A stretch of 25,516 nt of DNA, taken from positions 1 through 25,516 of IMG/VR virus record IMGVR_UViG_2695420503_000007; one strand, written 5' to 3'. Both the position numbers and the translations under genes were made by a program. This document shows positions 15,922-25,516 of the stretch, in pieces. Below the pieces are notes generated by a model that was not told the origin of the DNA, made no database searches, and worked only from the letters and a program-made list of their open reading frames with translations. Numbering within the stretch: the first letter of the stretch is position 1; each line of letters starts with the position of its first letter. This DNA comes from a virus. Taxonomy: Duplodnaviria > Heunggongvirae > Uroviricota > Caudoviricetes.

Positions 15922-17401
15922 CACCATTCCGTCGAATACGCTGGTTCCGTTGTTTTATGCGGAAATGGATAACCAGGCGGCGAATACTGCACAGGACAGC
16001 GGAGCATCGCTGCTGATTGGTCATGCCAATAACGGTGCAGAGATTGTTGCCAACAGTCTGGTACTGATGCCGTCGGCAGACTATGCACGCCAGATTTGTG
16101 GTGCGGGAAGTCAGCTGGCGCGTATGGTCGAGGCTTATCGCCAGACTGACCCGTTTGGCGAGCTGTATGTGATTGCCGTTCCTGAATCCACAGGCGCGGC
16201 GGCAACGGTTACGCTGACGGTGACCGGGGCGGCAACCGAAAGCGGCACGGTGAATGTGTATGTGGGACGTACCCGCGTGCAGGCACCGGTGACTAACGGC
16301 GATAACGTCACGATGATTGCCAGCAGTATCCAGGATGCCATCAATGCCGTTCCGACCCTGCCGTTTACGGCTTCATCTTCGGCAGGCGTGGTCACACTGA
16401 CCGCGCGTCATAAGGGGCTTTGCGGGAATGAAATTCCTGTCAGCCTCAATTACTACGGCTTTGGTGGGGGCGAAGTGCTGCCAGCGGGCGTACAGATTGC
16501 CGTGGCGACGGGTACCGCCGGAACGGGTGCTCCGGTTCTCACCGGCGCGGTGGCTGCAATGGCGGATGAGCCGTTTGATTATATTGGCCTGCCGTTCAAC
16601 GACACGGCCTCCGTTAACACGCTGGTGACCGAGATGAACGATACCAGCGGTCGCTGGAGCTATGCGCGTCAGCTGTATGGTCATGTGTATACGGCAAAGA
16701 CCGGCACGCTGTCAGAACTGGTGACCGCAGGTGACCACTTTAACCAGCAGCACATTACCCTGGCGGGGTACGAAAAAGACACCCAGACGCCTGCCGACGA
16801 GCTGGCGGCAAGCCGTACCGCCCGCGCAGCGGTGTTTATCCGCAACGATCCGGCACGTCCCACGCAGACCGGTGAGCTGGTGGGTATGCTGCCTGCGCCG
16901 AAGGGGAAACGGTTCACGATGACCGAACAACAGACCCTGCTGTCTCATGGCGTGGCAACGGCGTATGTCGAAAGCGGGGTACTACGCATTCAGCGTGATG
17001 TCACCACGTACAGGAAAAACGCTTACGGGGTTGCGGATAACAGCTACCTCGACAGCGAGACGCTGCATACCAGTGCGTATGTACTGCGCAAACTGAAATC
17101 CGTCATTACCAGTAAGTACGGGCGTCACAAGCTTGCCAGCGACGGTACCCGCTTTGGTCCCGGTCAGGCGATTGTCACCCCGGCGGTGATCAAAGGGGAA
17201 CTGCTGGCAACCTACCGTCAGCTTGAGCGTGCGGGGATCGTGGAAAACTACGAACTGTTCAAGCAGTACCTGGTTGTGGAGCGTGATGCCAGCGATCCGA
17301 ACCGCCTGAACACGCTGTTCCCGCCTGACTATGTTAACCAGTTGCGTGTCTTTGCCGTGGTTAACCAGTTCCGTCTTCAGTATTCAGAGGAGTCCTCATA
17401 A
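15905..17401 (+). CDS. contractile tail sheath protein (Mu L-like)
   Basis: 498-aa ORF immediately upstream of the tube gene, with size and order typical of Mu-like tails. Confidence 0.85.
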   Translation: MTISFNTIPSNTLVPLFYAEMDNQAANTAQDSGASLLIGHANNGAEIVANSLVLMPSADYARQICGAGSQLARMVEAYRQTDPFGELYVIAVPESTGAAATVTLTVTGAATESGTVNVYVGRTRVQAPVTNGDNVTMIASSIQDAINAVPTLPFTASSSAGVVTLTARHKGLCGNEIPVSLNYYGFGGGEVLPAGVQIAVATGTAGTGAPVLTGAVAAMADEPFDYIGLPFNDTASVNTLVTEMNDTSGRWSYARQLYGHVYTAKTGTLSELVTAGDHFNQQHITLAGYEKDTQTPADELAASRTARAAVFIRNDPARPTQTGELVGMLPAPKGKRFTMTEQQTLLSHGVATAYVESGVLRIQRDVTTYRKNAYGVADNSYLDSETLHTSAYVLRKLKSVITSKYGRHKLASDGTRFGPGQAIVTPAVIKGELLATYRQLERAGIVENYELFKQYLVVERDASDPNRLNTLFPPDYVNQLRVFAVVNQFRLQYSEESS

Positions 17402-17757
17402 TGGCCCGTATCGGGGGAACCTGTTATTTCAAAATTGACGGTCAGCAGCTATCGCTGACCGGCGGCATTGAGGTGCCCATGAACAGGACGGTCAATGATG
17501 ACATCATCGGCCTGGACGGTTCAGTGGACCGCAAGGAAACTCACCGTGCGCCTTATGTTAAAGGGACCTTCAAGGTGCCGAAGAATTTTCCGGTGAGCAA
17601 AATCACCTCGTCTGATGAGATGACCATCACTGCCGAGCTGGCGAACGGTCAGGTCTATGTACTGTCGTCTGCCTGGCTGCACGGCGAAGCGAACCATAAT
17701 GCCGAAGAAGGGACGGTTGATCTTGAGTTCCACGGTGAAGAAGGGGATTACCAGTAA
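17401..17757 (+). CDS. tail tube protein (Mu M-like)
   Basis: 118-aa ORF coupled to the sheath (TAATG), followed by the chaperone pair and tape measure gene. Confidence 0.8.
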   Translation: MARIGGTCYFKIDGQQLSLTGGIEVPMNRTVNDDIIGLDGSVDRKETHRAPYVKGTFKVPKNFPVSKITSSDEMTITAELANGQVYVLSSAWLHGEANHNAEEGTVDLEFHGEEGDYQ

Positions 17758-18026
17758 TGAAAGAGCTTGAGTTAAAGAAACCGATTACCGCTCATGGCGA
17801 GACACTCTCCGTACTGGAGTTTGATGAGCCCACCGGGAAAGATGTCCGCGAGCTGGGGTATCCCTACCAGATGAATCAGGATGAGTCCGTCAGACTTCTG
17901 GCGCATGTGGTATCGAAATACATTGTGCGGCTGGCGAAAGTGCCGCAAAACTCTGTCGACCAGATGTCTCCGGCAGACCTGAATGCTGCGGCGTGGCTTG
18001 TGGCTGGTTTTTTCCTCCAGGCCTGA
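17757..18026 (+). CDS. tail assembly chaperone (short, frame-0 product)
   Basis: 89-aa ORF directly upstream of the tape measure gene, overlapped at its 3' end by a -1 frame ORF. Confidence 0.7.
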   Translation: MKELELKKPITAHGETLSVLEFDEPTGKDVRELGYPYQMNQDESVRLLAHVVSKYIVRLAKVPQNSVDQMSPADLNAAAWLVAGFFLQA

Positions 18027-18175
18027 CGGCTGAATACCTCACTGATCGCTTCTTTGACTGCGCCAGCTACTGGCGCATTAATCCCTTCGAATTGCTGAAT
18101 ATGCCGATCAGTGAAATTCCCTTGCTGGTCAGTCAGGCAAACAGGATAGAGCAGGAGAAACGCACACATGGCTGA
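17757..18175 (+). CDS. tail assembly chaperone, long form made by a programmed -1 ribosomal frameshift
   Basis: Slippery heptamer T_TTT_TTC at about 18008-18014 lies in the 34-nt overlap between the frame-0 ORF and the -1 ORF 17993..18175. Slipping gives ...WLVAGFF then PPGLTAEYLTDRFF..., about 139 aa, ending at the tape measure start. Confidence 0.55.
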
Positions 18176-20003
18176 ATTTGAGCTTAAGGCGTTGATCACC
18201 GGTGTCGACAGGCTTTCTCCCGCGCTGTCGAAAATGCAAAAGAAAATCCGGGGATTTAAACGCCAGGCGGAAGAAGCGTCACAGGGTGGGCTGGCGCTTG
18301 GTGGCGGACTGGCTGCGGGTCTGACGCTTTCCCTGAAATCTTATGCTGATCAGGAAAACGCCGCCACCGGGCTGAAAGTCGCCATGATGGATGCGAACGG
18401 CGAGGTTGGAAAGAGCTTTCAGGACATCAATAAACTGGCTATTGGCCTGGGTAACCAGCTACCCGGTACAACGGCTGATTTCCAGAACATGATGCAGATG
18501 CTGGTGCGTCAGGGGATCCCGGCAGAAAACATTCTTGGTGGTGTGGGTAAAGCGACAGCTTATCTTGCGGTACAACTGAAAAAAACACCGGAAGCGGCTG
18601 CTGAGTTTGCTGCAAAGATGCAGGATGCTACCGGAACGGCGTCAGAAGACATGATGGGGCTGTTCGACACTATCCAGAAGGCGTTTTATCTGGGCGTTGA
18701 CGATACAAACATGTTGTCCTTCTTCACTAAAACCAGTTCTGTTCTGAAGATGGTGAATAAGGACGGACTTCAGGCTGCACAGAGCCTTGCCCCTATCAGC
18801 GTCATGATGGATCAGATGGGGATGAACGGAGAGTCGGCAGGTAATGCCCTGCGAAAAGTTATCCAGTCCGGATTAAGCGTTAAGAAAATCAGGGACGTCA
18901 ATAAAGTCATGGCCCGCCAGAAACTCGGAGTGCAGCTCGATTTTACTGACGGCAAAGGGAGTTTTGGCGGTCTTGATAACATGTTTAAGCAACTGGCAAA
19001 GCTGCGAAAACTGACCGACGTTAAGCGAACAGGTGTACTTAAGGCAATATTTGGTGATGATGCCGAAACCCTTCAGGTGGTCAATGCTCTGATCGATAAA
19101 GGAAAGGATGGTTACGATCAGATCCAGCAGAAGATGAATAAACAGGCCAGCCTGAATAAACGTGTTCAGGCACAGCTTGGTACGCTGTCCAACCTGTGGG
19201 AGGCAATGACGGGGACCGCAACTAACGGTCTTGCAGCTATTGGCGGCGCATTTTCTGGTGACGCCAAAAATATCACGCAATGGCTGGGGGAGTTAGGGGA
19301 AAAATTCACGAAGTTTGCGGATGAAAATCCCCGGGTTATTCGCGGCGTCGTCGGGCTTGCTGCCGGTCTTGCGATTCTGAAACTGGGATTGATGGGCGTT
19401 GGCGGTGCCATCAGTATTGTCAGCAGGATCATGTCGATGACGCCGATTGGAATGATTGCGACGGCGATAGCCCTGGCTGCGGGATTAATTATCACTAACT
19501 GGGATGTTGTCGGACCTTTTTTCAAGAAGCTCTGGGAAACCATTGGTCCTTATTTTGAGGCTGGCTGGGAACTTCTGAAGAAGGTTTTTGCCTGGTCGCC
19601 GCTGGGGATGGTAATCAATAACTGGGGACCGGTTGTTAAGTGGTTTCAGGATATGTGGGACAAGCTGAAGCCAATTATTGAGTGGTTTACCGACAGTTCC
19701 GGTGACACGGTCGATGCCATTAACTCTGCGCAGTGGGGCGCGGGTGCTTATGATGCTTATGGGACGGGAATACCGGCACGGGGATACACACCTTATCAGG
19801 CGGTGGATCCGGCTCAGTCAAACAACGCCTCCGATGCCACAGGCCCGAATCCCTTCATGATTAACAAAGCTTCTGCGCCAAAAGTTGATGGTGAGATCAA
19901 GGTCTCTTTTGTGAATTCGCCTCCGGGTATGCGGGTTATGGAAACGCGATCCAGCGGTTTTGATGTCAGCCATGATGTTGGCTATACGCGCTTTGGCAGG
20001 TAA
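18168..20003 (+). CDS. tail tape measure protein
   Basis: 611 aa, largely alpha-helical and Ala/Gly-rich, with a hydrophobic central region (VVGLAAGLAILKLGLMGVGGAISIV), after the chaperone pair. Confidence 0.85.
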   Translation: MAEFELKALITGVDRLSPALSKMQKKIRGFKRQAEEASQGGLALGGGLAAGLTLSLKSYADQENAATGLKVAMMDANGEVGKSFQDINKLAIGLGNQLPGTTADFQNMMQMLVRQGIPAENILGGVGKATAYLAVQLKKTPEAAAEFAAKMQDATGTASEDMMGLFDTIQKAFYLGVDDTNMLSFFTKTSSVLKMVNKDGLQAAQSLAPISVMMDQMGMNGESAGNALRKVIQSGLSVKKIRDVNKVMARQKLGVQLDFTDGKGSFGGLDNMFKQLAKLRKLTDVKRTGVLKAIFGDDAETLQVVNALIDKGKDGYDQIQQKMNKQASLNKRVQAQLGTLSNLWEAMTGTATNGLAAIGGAFSGDAKNITQWLGELGEKFTKFADENPRVIRGVVGLAAGLAILKLGLMGVGGAISIVSRIMSMTPIGMIATAIALAAGLIITNWDVVGPFFKKLWETIGPYFEAGWELLKKVFAWSPLGMVINNWGPVVKWFQDMWDKLKPIIEWFTDSSGDTVDAINSAQWGAGAYDAYGTGIPARGYTPYQAVDPAQSNNASDATGPNPFMINKASAPKVDGEIKVSFVNSPPGMRVMETRSSGFDVSHDVGYTRFGR

Positions 20004-20025
20004 TGAAAAATTAATCTGTTAATGA

Positions 20026-20050
20026 GTCCCACTCCGGTGGGATTTTTTAT
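20026..20050 (+). terminator. hairpin plus T-run after the tape measure gene (candidate attenuator)
   Basis: CCCAC-tccg-GTGGG followed by ATTTTTTA, between the tape measure stop and the RBS (GGAG) of the next gene. Confidence 0.35.
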
Positions 20051-20063
20051 GTACGGAGTTTAT

Positions 20064-21392
20064 ATGACGTGGAAAGACAGACTTCAGGACGCGTCATTTC
20101 GCGGTGTGCCATTTAAGGTTGAAGAAGAAAGTGCGGGAACCGGTCGTCGTGTGGAAACGCACGAATACCCGAACCGCGACAAGCCCTATACCGAAGACCT
20201 GGGGAAAATCACTTTCCGCCCGTCCATCACAGCTTATGTGGTGGGAGATGACTGCTTTGACCAGCGCGATCGCCTGATTGACGCGCTGAATAAACCCGGT
20301 CCCGGCACGCTTGTCCATCCGACTTACGGTGAGCTGAAAGTCTGTGTTGACGGGGAAGTTCGGGTCAGCACATCGAAGAGTGAAGGGCGTATTGTCCGCT
20401 TTGACCTGAAGTTTGTCGAAGCGGGAGAACTCTCTTACCCCACTTCAGGTGCGGCGACGGCGCAGACGCTGATGTCATCCTGTTCTGCACTGGATGACTG
20501 CATCAGTGACAGCTTCAGTGGTTTCAGTATCGATGGCGTGGCAGATTTTGTGCAGAACGACGTCGTCGGTAATGCCAGCACAATGCTTGGGTATGTTTCT
20601 GATGCGATGAAAGTGGTGGATTCTGCCGTATCGGATGCCGCCAGGCTTTTGCAGGGGGATATCTCGGTACTTCTGCCGCCGCCATCGTCAGGCAAAAATT
20701 TCGTTGAGCAGGTGCAGAAAATGTGGCGTACCGGGAAACGCCTTTATGGTAACGCCAGCGACCTGGTCACCATGATCAAAACGCTTTCCGGTGTCAGCCT
20801 CGGCAGCGATCTGCAACCGCGCGGCGTCTGGAAAACGGACAGTAAAACCACCGCCACGGCGACGCAGCAGCGTAACGTGGTTGCCAGCACCCTTCGTACG
20901 ACCGCAATCAGCGAAGCGGCGTATGCCGTCACACGATTGCCTGCGCCCACAACTTCCGCGGTGATGCAGAATGCCACAGTGGGGCAGTCAACAACACCCG
21001 CGCAGAGCACTGGCTGGCCTTCCGTCACGCATCCGGCACTGAACAATGCACCGGCGGTGAAAAACACGGTTGACCTGCCAACGTGGGAAGAACTGACCGA
21101 CATTCGCGACACACTGAATACGGCAATTGATAAGGAGTTGTCCCGTACAACCAGTGATGCGCTGTTTCTGGTGCTGCGCCGGGTGAAAGCAGATCTGAAT
21201 GCGGATATCAACACGCGCCTTGAACAGTCTGCACGGATTATTCAGCGCACACCGGATGAGGTTTTACCCGCGCTGGTGCTGGCGGCGACCTGGTTTGATA
21301 ACGCGGCGCGTGACGCGGACATTATCCGGCGTAATGCCATTACGCATCCCGGCTTTGTGCCGGTGATCCCTCTGAAGGTGCCAGTGCAATGA
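20064..21392 (+). CDS. Mu gp43 (N)-like DNA circularisation / baseplate-associated protein
   Basis: The track ORF starts at 20022 but would translate through the hairpin. GGAG 5 nt upstream of the in-frame ATG at 20064 gives MTWKDRLQDASFRGVPFKVEEE... (about 442 aa), the N-terminal motif I associate with Mu N-like proteins. Confidence 0.65.
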   Translation: MTWKDRLQDASFRGVPFKVEEESAGTGRRVETHEYPNRDKPYTEDLGKITFRPSITAYVVGDDCFDQRDRLIDALNKPGPGTLVHPTYGELKVCVDGEVRVSTSKSEGRIVRFDLKFVEAGELSYPTSGAATAQTLMSSCSALDDCISDSFSGFSIDGVADFVQNDVVGNASTMLGYVSDAMKVVDSAVSDAARLLQGDISVLLPPPSSGKNFVEQVQKMWRTGKRLYGNASDLVTMIKTLSGVSLGSDLQPRGVWKTDSKTTATATQQRNVVASTLRTTAISEAAYAVTRLPAPTTSAVMQNATVGQSTTPAQSTGWPSVTHPALNNAPAVKNTVDLPTWEELTDIRDTLNTAIDKELSRTTSDALFLVLRRVKADLNADINTRLEQSARIIQRTPDEVLPALVLAATWFDNAARDADIIRRNAITHPGFVPVIPLKVPVQ

Positions 21393-22468
21393 ACGACAAT
21401 GTTACGCTACGGGTAAATGGCCGGGAGTGGAATGGCTGGACATCGGTGCGCATCGGTGCCGGTATTGAACGGCTGGCGCGGGATTTCAGTGTGGAGATCA
21501 CTCGCCAGTGGCCGGGAGATGAGGGTATCACCACGCTTCAGCCGCGCATTAAAAACGGTTCAAAAGTGGAAGTGCTGATTGGTGATGAGCTGGTGATCAC
21601 CGGCTGGGTGGAGGCGACTCCCGTTCGTTACGATGCCCGTTCGGTCAGCACCGGTATTGCCGGACGTAGTCTGACGGCTGACCTGATTGACTGTGCAGCC
21701 GAACCGACACAGTTTAACGGACGCTCGCTGGTGCAGATTGCGCAGGCGCTTGCTGCGCCTTTCGGCATTGAGGTGGTGAACAGCGGTGCGCCATCGGGTG
21801 TTATTCCTGATGTTCAGCCTGATCACGGTGAAACGGTGATTGAGGTAATCAACAAAATACTCGGTCAGCAGCAGGCGCTGGCTTACGACGACCCGCACGG
21901 TAGGCTGGTGATTGGTGGTATTGGCTCAACGCGGGCACATACCGCGCTGGTACTTGGGGAAAACATCCTTTCCTGTGATACGGAGAAGAGTATCCGGGAG
22001 CGGTTTTCTGTTTACCAGGTGGCGGGGCAGCGTGCCGGAAACGACGATGATTTCGGTGAGGCCACCACCACCGCGCTGCGGGCCCGCACAGAGGACGCAT
22101 TTATTGCCCGTTACCGTCCGATGTATATCAGGCAGACAGGGCAGGCTACGGGGGCAGGCTGTATTGCCCGTGCGGACTTTGAAGCCCGACAACGGGCGGC
22201 GCGGACGGATGAAACCACCTATGTGGTGCAGGGCTGGCGACAGGGTAACGGTACGCTGTGGCAGCCCAACCAGCGGGTGATTGTCTTCGATCCGGTCTGT
22301 GGTTTCGACAATACCGAACTGCTTGTCTCGGAAGTCACGTTTACTCAGGACCAGAACGGCACCCTGACGGAAATCCGTGTCGGCCCGCCTGATGCTTATC
22401 TGCCTGAACCCGAAGCTCCCGGCGCGCGGAAAAAGAAAAAAGCCAGAGTACAGGAGGACCCGTTCTGA
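21389..22468 (+). CDS. baseplate hub protein (Mu gp44/P-like)
   Basis: 359-aa ORF, coupled upstream (ATGA) and downstream (TGATG). Its last ~122 codons are repeated inverted at 4327..4694. Confidence 0.8.
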   Translation: MNDNVTLRVNGREWNGWTSVRIGAGIERLARDFSVEITRQWPGDEGITTLQPRIKNGSKVEVLIGDELVITGWVEATPVRYDARSVSTGIAGRSLTADLIDCAAEPTQFNGRSLVQIAQALAAPFGIEVVNSGAPSGVIPDVQPDHGETVIEVINKILGQQQALAYDDPHGRLVIGGIGSTRAHTALVLGENILSCDTEKSIRERFSVYQVAGQRAGNDDDFGEATTTALRARTEDAFIARYRPMYIRQTGQATGAGCIARADFEARQRAARTDETTYVVQGWRQGNGTLWQPNQRVIVFDPVCGFDNTELLVSEVTFTQDQNGTLTEIRVGPPDAYLPEPEAPGARKKKKARVQEDPF

Positions 22469-23016
22469 TGAGGACGATTGAAGCCATGCAGCGACAACTT
22501 CTCGGCCTGATTGGGCGGGCAGTGGTGAAAAGCATCAGTGCCGCCACGAAATGCCAGACCGTGGATGTGTCCCTGATTGCCGGTGAACCCAAAGCCGGGG
22601 TTGAACATCTTGAACCCTACGGTTTTACCGCAAGGGCAAACAGCGGTGCGGAAGCGGTGGTGTTGTTTCCGGATGGCGACCGTTCTCATGCGGTGGTTGT
22701 TACGGTGTCGGACCGGCGCTACCGCCTGAAAGGGCTGCAGACGGGTGAGGTGGCTGTCTATGACGATCAGGGGCAGTCCGTGACGCTGACCCGGGAGGGG
22801 ATCGTGGTGGACGGTGCAGGTAAAACGATCACGTTTCGCAATTCACCTAAAGCACGTTTTGAAATGGACCTGGAAGTGACCGGACAGGTGAAAGACCTGT
22901 GCGACTCCGGCGGCACCACCATGTCAGCGATGCGGCTTGCCTATAACGGGCATCGTCACAGAGAGAACGGTCAGGGCAGTAACACCGACAAACCTGATAA
23001 AGCGATGGAGGCATGA
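22468..23016 (+). CDS. baseplate spike/assembly protein V-like (Mu gp45-like)
   Basis: 182 aa, identical to the left copy at 3779..4327. Confidence 0.8.
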   Translation: MRTIEAMQRQLLGLIGRAVVKSISAATKCQTVDVSLIAGEPKAGVEHLEPYGFTARANSGAEAVVLFPDGDRSHAVVVTVSDRRYRLKGLQTGEVAVYDDQGQSVTLTREGIVVDGAGKTITFRNSPKARFEMDLEVTGQVKDLCDSGGTTMSAMRLAYNGHRHRENGQGSNTDKPDKAMEA

Positions 23017-23441
23017 TGGAACTGTGGCTGACGGTGAGCGGTAAACGCACCTGCGCCAGCGCACCGCTGGATCCGCTGACCCGCGCCGTGGTGATTTCCC
23101 TGTTTACCTGGCGGCGGGCGGAGCCTGATGACAACGCCGACGTCCCGATGGGATGGTGGGGGGATACCTGGCCTGCGGTACAGAATGACCGTTACGGCTC
23201 CCGACTGTGGCTGCTTCAGCGCAGCAAACTGACCAATCAGCTGGTGCAGACGGTAAGGGGGTATATCCGCGAATGCCTGCAATGGATGATTGATGACGGC
23301 GTGGTGTCCCGTATTGATCTGGATATCCGCCGTACCGGGATTAATGAACTGGGTAACAGTATCACTCTCTGGCGTCGTGACGGACCGGTAATGATTTCTT
23401 TTGATGATCTGTGGAGTGCGATAACGCATGGCGGACAGTGA
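23013..23441 (+). CDS. baseplate protein, Mu gp46-like
   Basis: 142 aa, identical to the left copy at 3354..3782. Confidence 0.75.
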   Translation: MMELWLTVSGKRTCASAPLDPLTRAVVISLFTWRRAEPDDNADVPMGWWGDTWPAVQNDRYGSRLWLLQRSKLTNQLVQTVRGYIRECLQWMIDDGVVSRIDLDIRRTGINELGNSITLWRRDGPVMISFDDLWSAITHGGQ

Positions 23442-24486
23442 ATTTCAGCGCCCGACGCTGGCAGAAAATATCAGTATGCTCCGTAACGATTTATTCGCCA
23501 GGCTGGACGTCAGCAACACGCTCCGGCGCATGGATGAAGACGTGCGGGCAAAGGTGTATGCGGCGGCGCTGCATACGGTCTACGGGTACATCGATTATCT
23601 GGCAATGAATATGCTGCCTGACCTGTGCGATGAGTCCTGGCTGGCGCGACATGCTGCGATGAAACGGTGTCCGCGCAAGGGGGCCACGGCTGCCAGCGGG
23701 TATATGCGCTGGGAAGGTGTCAGCGATGGCCTGAAGGTGACTGCCGGGAGCGTGATTCAGCGCGATGACCTGGTTCAGTACACGGCAACTGCCGATGCAA
23801 CCAGCTCCGGTGGTGTCCTGCGTGTGCCGATCACTTGCTCAACTACAGGCGCGGTCGGTAACGCTGACGACGGTACGGCATTAATCCTGGTCACGCCGGT
23901 GAATGGTCTGCCGTCTTCCGGTGTTGCAGATACCCTGACTGGCGGATTCGATACTGAAGATCTGGAAACGTGGCGCGCCCGCGTCATTGAGCGGTATTAC
24001 TGGACGCCGCAGGGCGGGGCTGACGGGGACTATGTCGTCTGGGCTAAAGAAGTGCCCGGCATTACCCGCGCATGGACATACCGTCACTGGATGGGAACGG
24101 GAACTGTCGGTGTGATGATTGCCAGCAGTGACCTGATTAATCCCATTCCGGAAGAATCAACGGAAACGGCGGCAAGACAACATATCGGGCCACTGGCCCC
24201 GGTGGCAGGCTCTGATTTGTATGTATTCAGGCCGGTGGCACATAAAGTGGATTTTCATATCCGCGTGACGCCGGATACACCGGAAATACGGGCTGCCATC
24301 ACCGCGGAGTTGCGTTCGTTCCTGCTGCGTGATGGTTATCCGCAGGGAGAACTGAAGGTGTCGCGTATCAGTGAGGCGATTTCCGGTGCGAACGGGGAAT
24401 ACAGCCATCAGTTGCTTGCACCGGCAGACAATATCTCCATTGCAAAAAATGAACTGGCGGTTCTGGGGACGATTTCATGGACGTGA
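23428..24486 (+). CDS. baseplate J-like protein (Mu gp47 / JayE-like)
   Basis: 352 aa, identical to the left copy at 2309..3367. Confidence 0.85.
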   Translation: MADSEFQRPTLAENISMLRNDLFARLDVSNTLRRMDEDVRAKVYAAALHTVYGYIDYLAMNMLPDLCDESWLARHAAMKRCPRKGATAASGYMRWEGVSDGLKVTAGSVIQRDDLVQYTATADATSSGGVLRVPITCSTTGAVGNADDGTALILVTPVNGLPSSGVADTLTGGFDTEDLETWRARVIERYYWTPQGGADGDYVVWAKEVPGITRAWTYRHWMGTGTVGVMIASSDLINPIPEESTETAARQHIGPLAPVAGSDLYVFRPVAHKVDFHIRVTPDTPEIRAAITAELRSFLLRDGYPQGELKVSRISEAISGANGEYSHQLLAPADNISIAKNELAVLGTISWT

Positions 24487-25061
24487 CAAACGATGATTAC
24501 ATCCGTCTGTTGTCTGCACTGTTGCCCCCCGGTCCGGCGTGGTCAGCCAGCGATCCGGCGATTGCCGGTTCGGCACCGTCATTAACCCGCGTTCATCAGC
24601 GTGCGGATGCCCTGATGCGGGAGCTGGATCCGCGCACCACCACCGAACTGATAAACCGCTGGGAGCGTCTGTGCGGCCTGCCGGATGAATGTATTCCCGC
24701 AGGGACACAGACCCTTCGCCAGCGTCAGCAACGACTGGATGCGAAGGTTAACCTGGCGGGCGGCATCAATGAGGATTTTTACCTTGCACAGCTTGCTGCC
24801 CTGGGCAGACCAGACGCTACCATCACGCGATACGACAAAAGCACGTTCACCTGCTCATCAGCCTGCACTGACGCTGTGAATGCGCCGGAATGGCGGTATT
24901 ACTGGCAGGTCAACATGCCAGCCGCCACCAACACCACCTGGATGACATGTGGCGATCCCTGTGATTCCGCACTGCGTATCTGGGGCGACACCGTTGTCGA
25001 GTGTGTGCTTAACAAACTCTGCCCGTCGCATACCTACGTAATTTTTAAATATCCGGAGTAA
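24477..25061 (+). CDS. Mu gp48-like baseplate/tail protein (DUF2313 / YmfQ-like)
   Basis: 194 aa, identical to the left copy at 1734..2318. Confidence 0.75.
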   Translation: MDVTNDDYIRLLSALLPPGPAWSASDPAIAGSAPSLTRVHQRADALMRELDPRTTTELINRWERLCGLPDECIPAGTQTLRQRQQRLDAKVNLAGGINEDFYLAQLAALGRPDATITRYDKSTFTCSSACTDAVNAPEWRYYWQVNMPAATNTTWMTCGDPCDSALRIWGDTVVECVLNKLCPSHTYVIFKYPE

Positions 25062-25064
25062 TTC

Positions 25065-25516
25065 ATGCATCGTATAGACACGAAAACCGCGCAGAAGGAT
25101 AAGTTCGGCGCGGGTAAGAACGGTTTTACCCGTGGTAACCCCCAGACCGGCACACCTGCCACCGATCTGGATGATGACTACTTTGACATGTTGCAGGAGG
25201 AGCTTTGCAGCGTTGTGGAGGCCTCCGGTGCCAGCCTGGAGAAAGGGCGGCACGACCAGTTGCTTACCGCGCTTCGTGCGCTGCTGTTAAGCCGCAAAAA
25301 TCCGTTTGGCGATATCAAATCGGACGGCACGGTGAAAACGGCTCTCGAAAACCTTGGTTTGGGAGAAGGCTCTGCATTACCTGTTGGTGTGCCTGTTCCG
25401 TGGCCTTCCGCCACTCCGCCGACAGGCTGGCTGAAATGCAACGGTGCCGCTTTTTCTGCTGAAGAATACCCGGAACTGGCAAAGGCTTATCCGACAAATA
25501 AATTGCCTGATTTACG
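25065..25516 (+). CDS. tail fibre protein, expressed right copy (5' part; continues past the window end)
   Basis: Same 99-aa constant N-terminus as the left copy, then [51 protein letters not shown], the conserved motif that follows the inversion crossover in Mu/P1/e14-type fibres. Confidence 0.8.
   Translation, partial: MHRIDTKTAQKDKFGAGKNGFTRGNPQTGTPATDLDDDYFDMLQEELCSVVEASGASLEKGRHDQLLTALRALLLSRKNPFGDIKSDGTVKTALENLGLGEGSALPVGVPVPWPSATPPTGWLKCNGAAFSAEEYPELAKAYPTNKLPDL
25342..25367. other. hix/gix/pix-like 26-bp site-specific inversion site (right copy)
   Basis: CTCTCGAAAACC-TT-GGTTTGGGAGAA. Its reverse complement TTCTCCCAAACCAAGGTTTTCGAGAG matches hixL (as recalled) at 20 of 26 positions. 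Repeat homology ends within this site. Confidence 0.6.

Larger units (their letters stand above)
22101..25360. repeat. right arm of the 3,260-bp inverted repeat (pairs with 1435..4694)
   Basis: See left arm. It covers the 3' third of the gp44-like gene, the gp45-, gp46-, gp47- and gp48-like genes, and the first ~99 codons of the fibre gene. Confidence 0.9.

Noticed and set aside
1-25516. Serine invertase (Gin/Pin/Hin-like) gene expected next to the invertible fibre segment
   Set aside because: No ORF of about 180-200 aa with a resolvase-like N-terminal catalytic serine motif is present in the track; the gene is presumably just outside the window, so it is not annotated.
1-25516. CRISPR array, insertion sequence or transposase
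   Set aside because: No array of short regularly spaced direct repeats and no transposase-like ORF with terminal inverted repeats; the only long repeat is the 3.26-kb inverted duplication of phage structural genes.

Overview
This window is the late (lysis and morphogenesis) region of a mosaic temperate enterobacterial phage or prophage, with all main genes on the + strand from about 4.9 kb onward. In order: a Q-type late antiterminator, an AT-rich two-gene cassette on the opposite strand, a lambda-like lysis cassette (holin, R-type endolysin, Rz/Rz1), an HNH endonuclease with small and large terminase, HK97-type head genes, and a Mu-like contractile tail and baseplate module ending in a tail-fibre gene that runs off the right edge. 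The last 3,260 bp of that module is present a second time, inverted and apparently identical, at the left end (1435..4694 vs 22101..25360). There it is joined to a different tail-fibre variable cassette with two convergent Tfa chaperone genes, an arrangement like the Mu G segment or e14 P segment. The repeat boundary inside the fibre gene falls on a 26-bp hix/gix-like invertase site; no invertase gene is in the window. The most likely candidate for an undescribed system is the AT-rich two-gene cassette at 5326..6329, which I cannot assign to any known family. No rRNA, tRNA, CRISPR array or transposase was found. Protein identifications are from recall of family hallmarks, not from a search. 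Coordinates not taken from the ORF track are approximate (about +/-2 bp).
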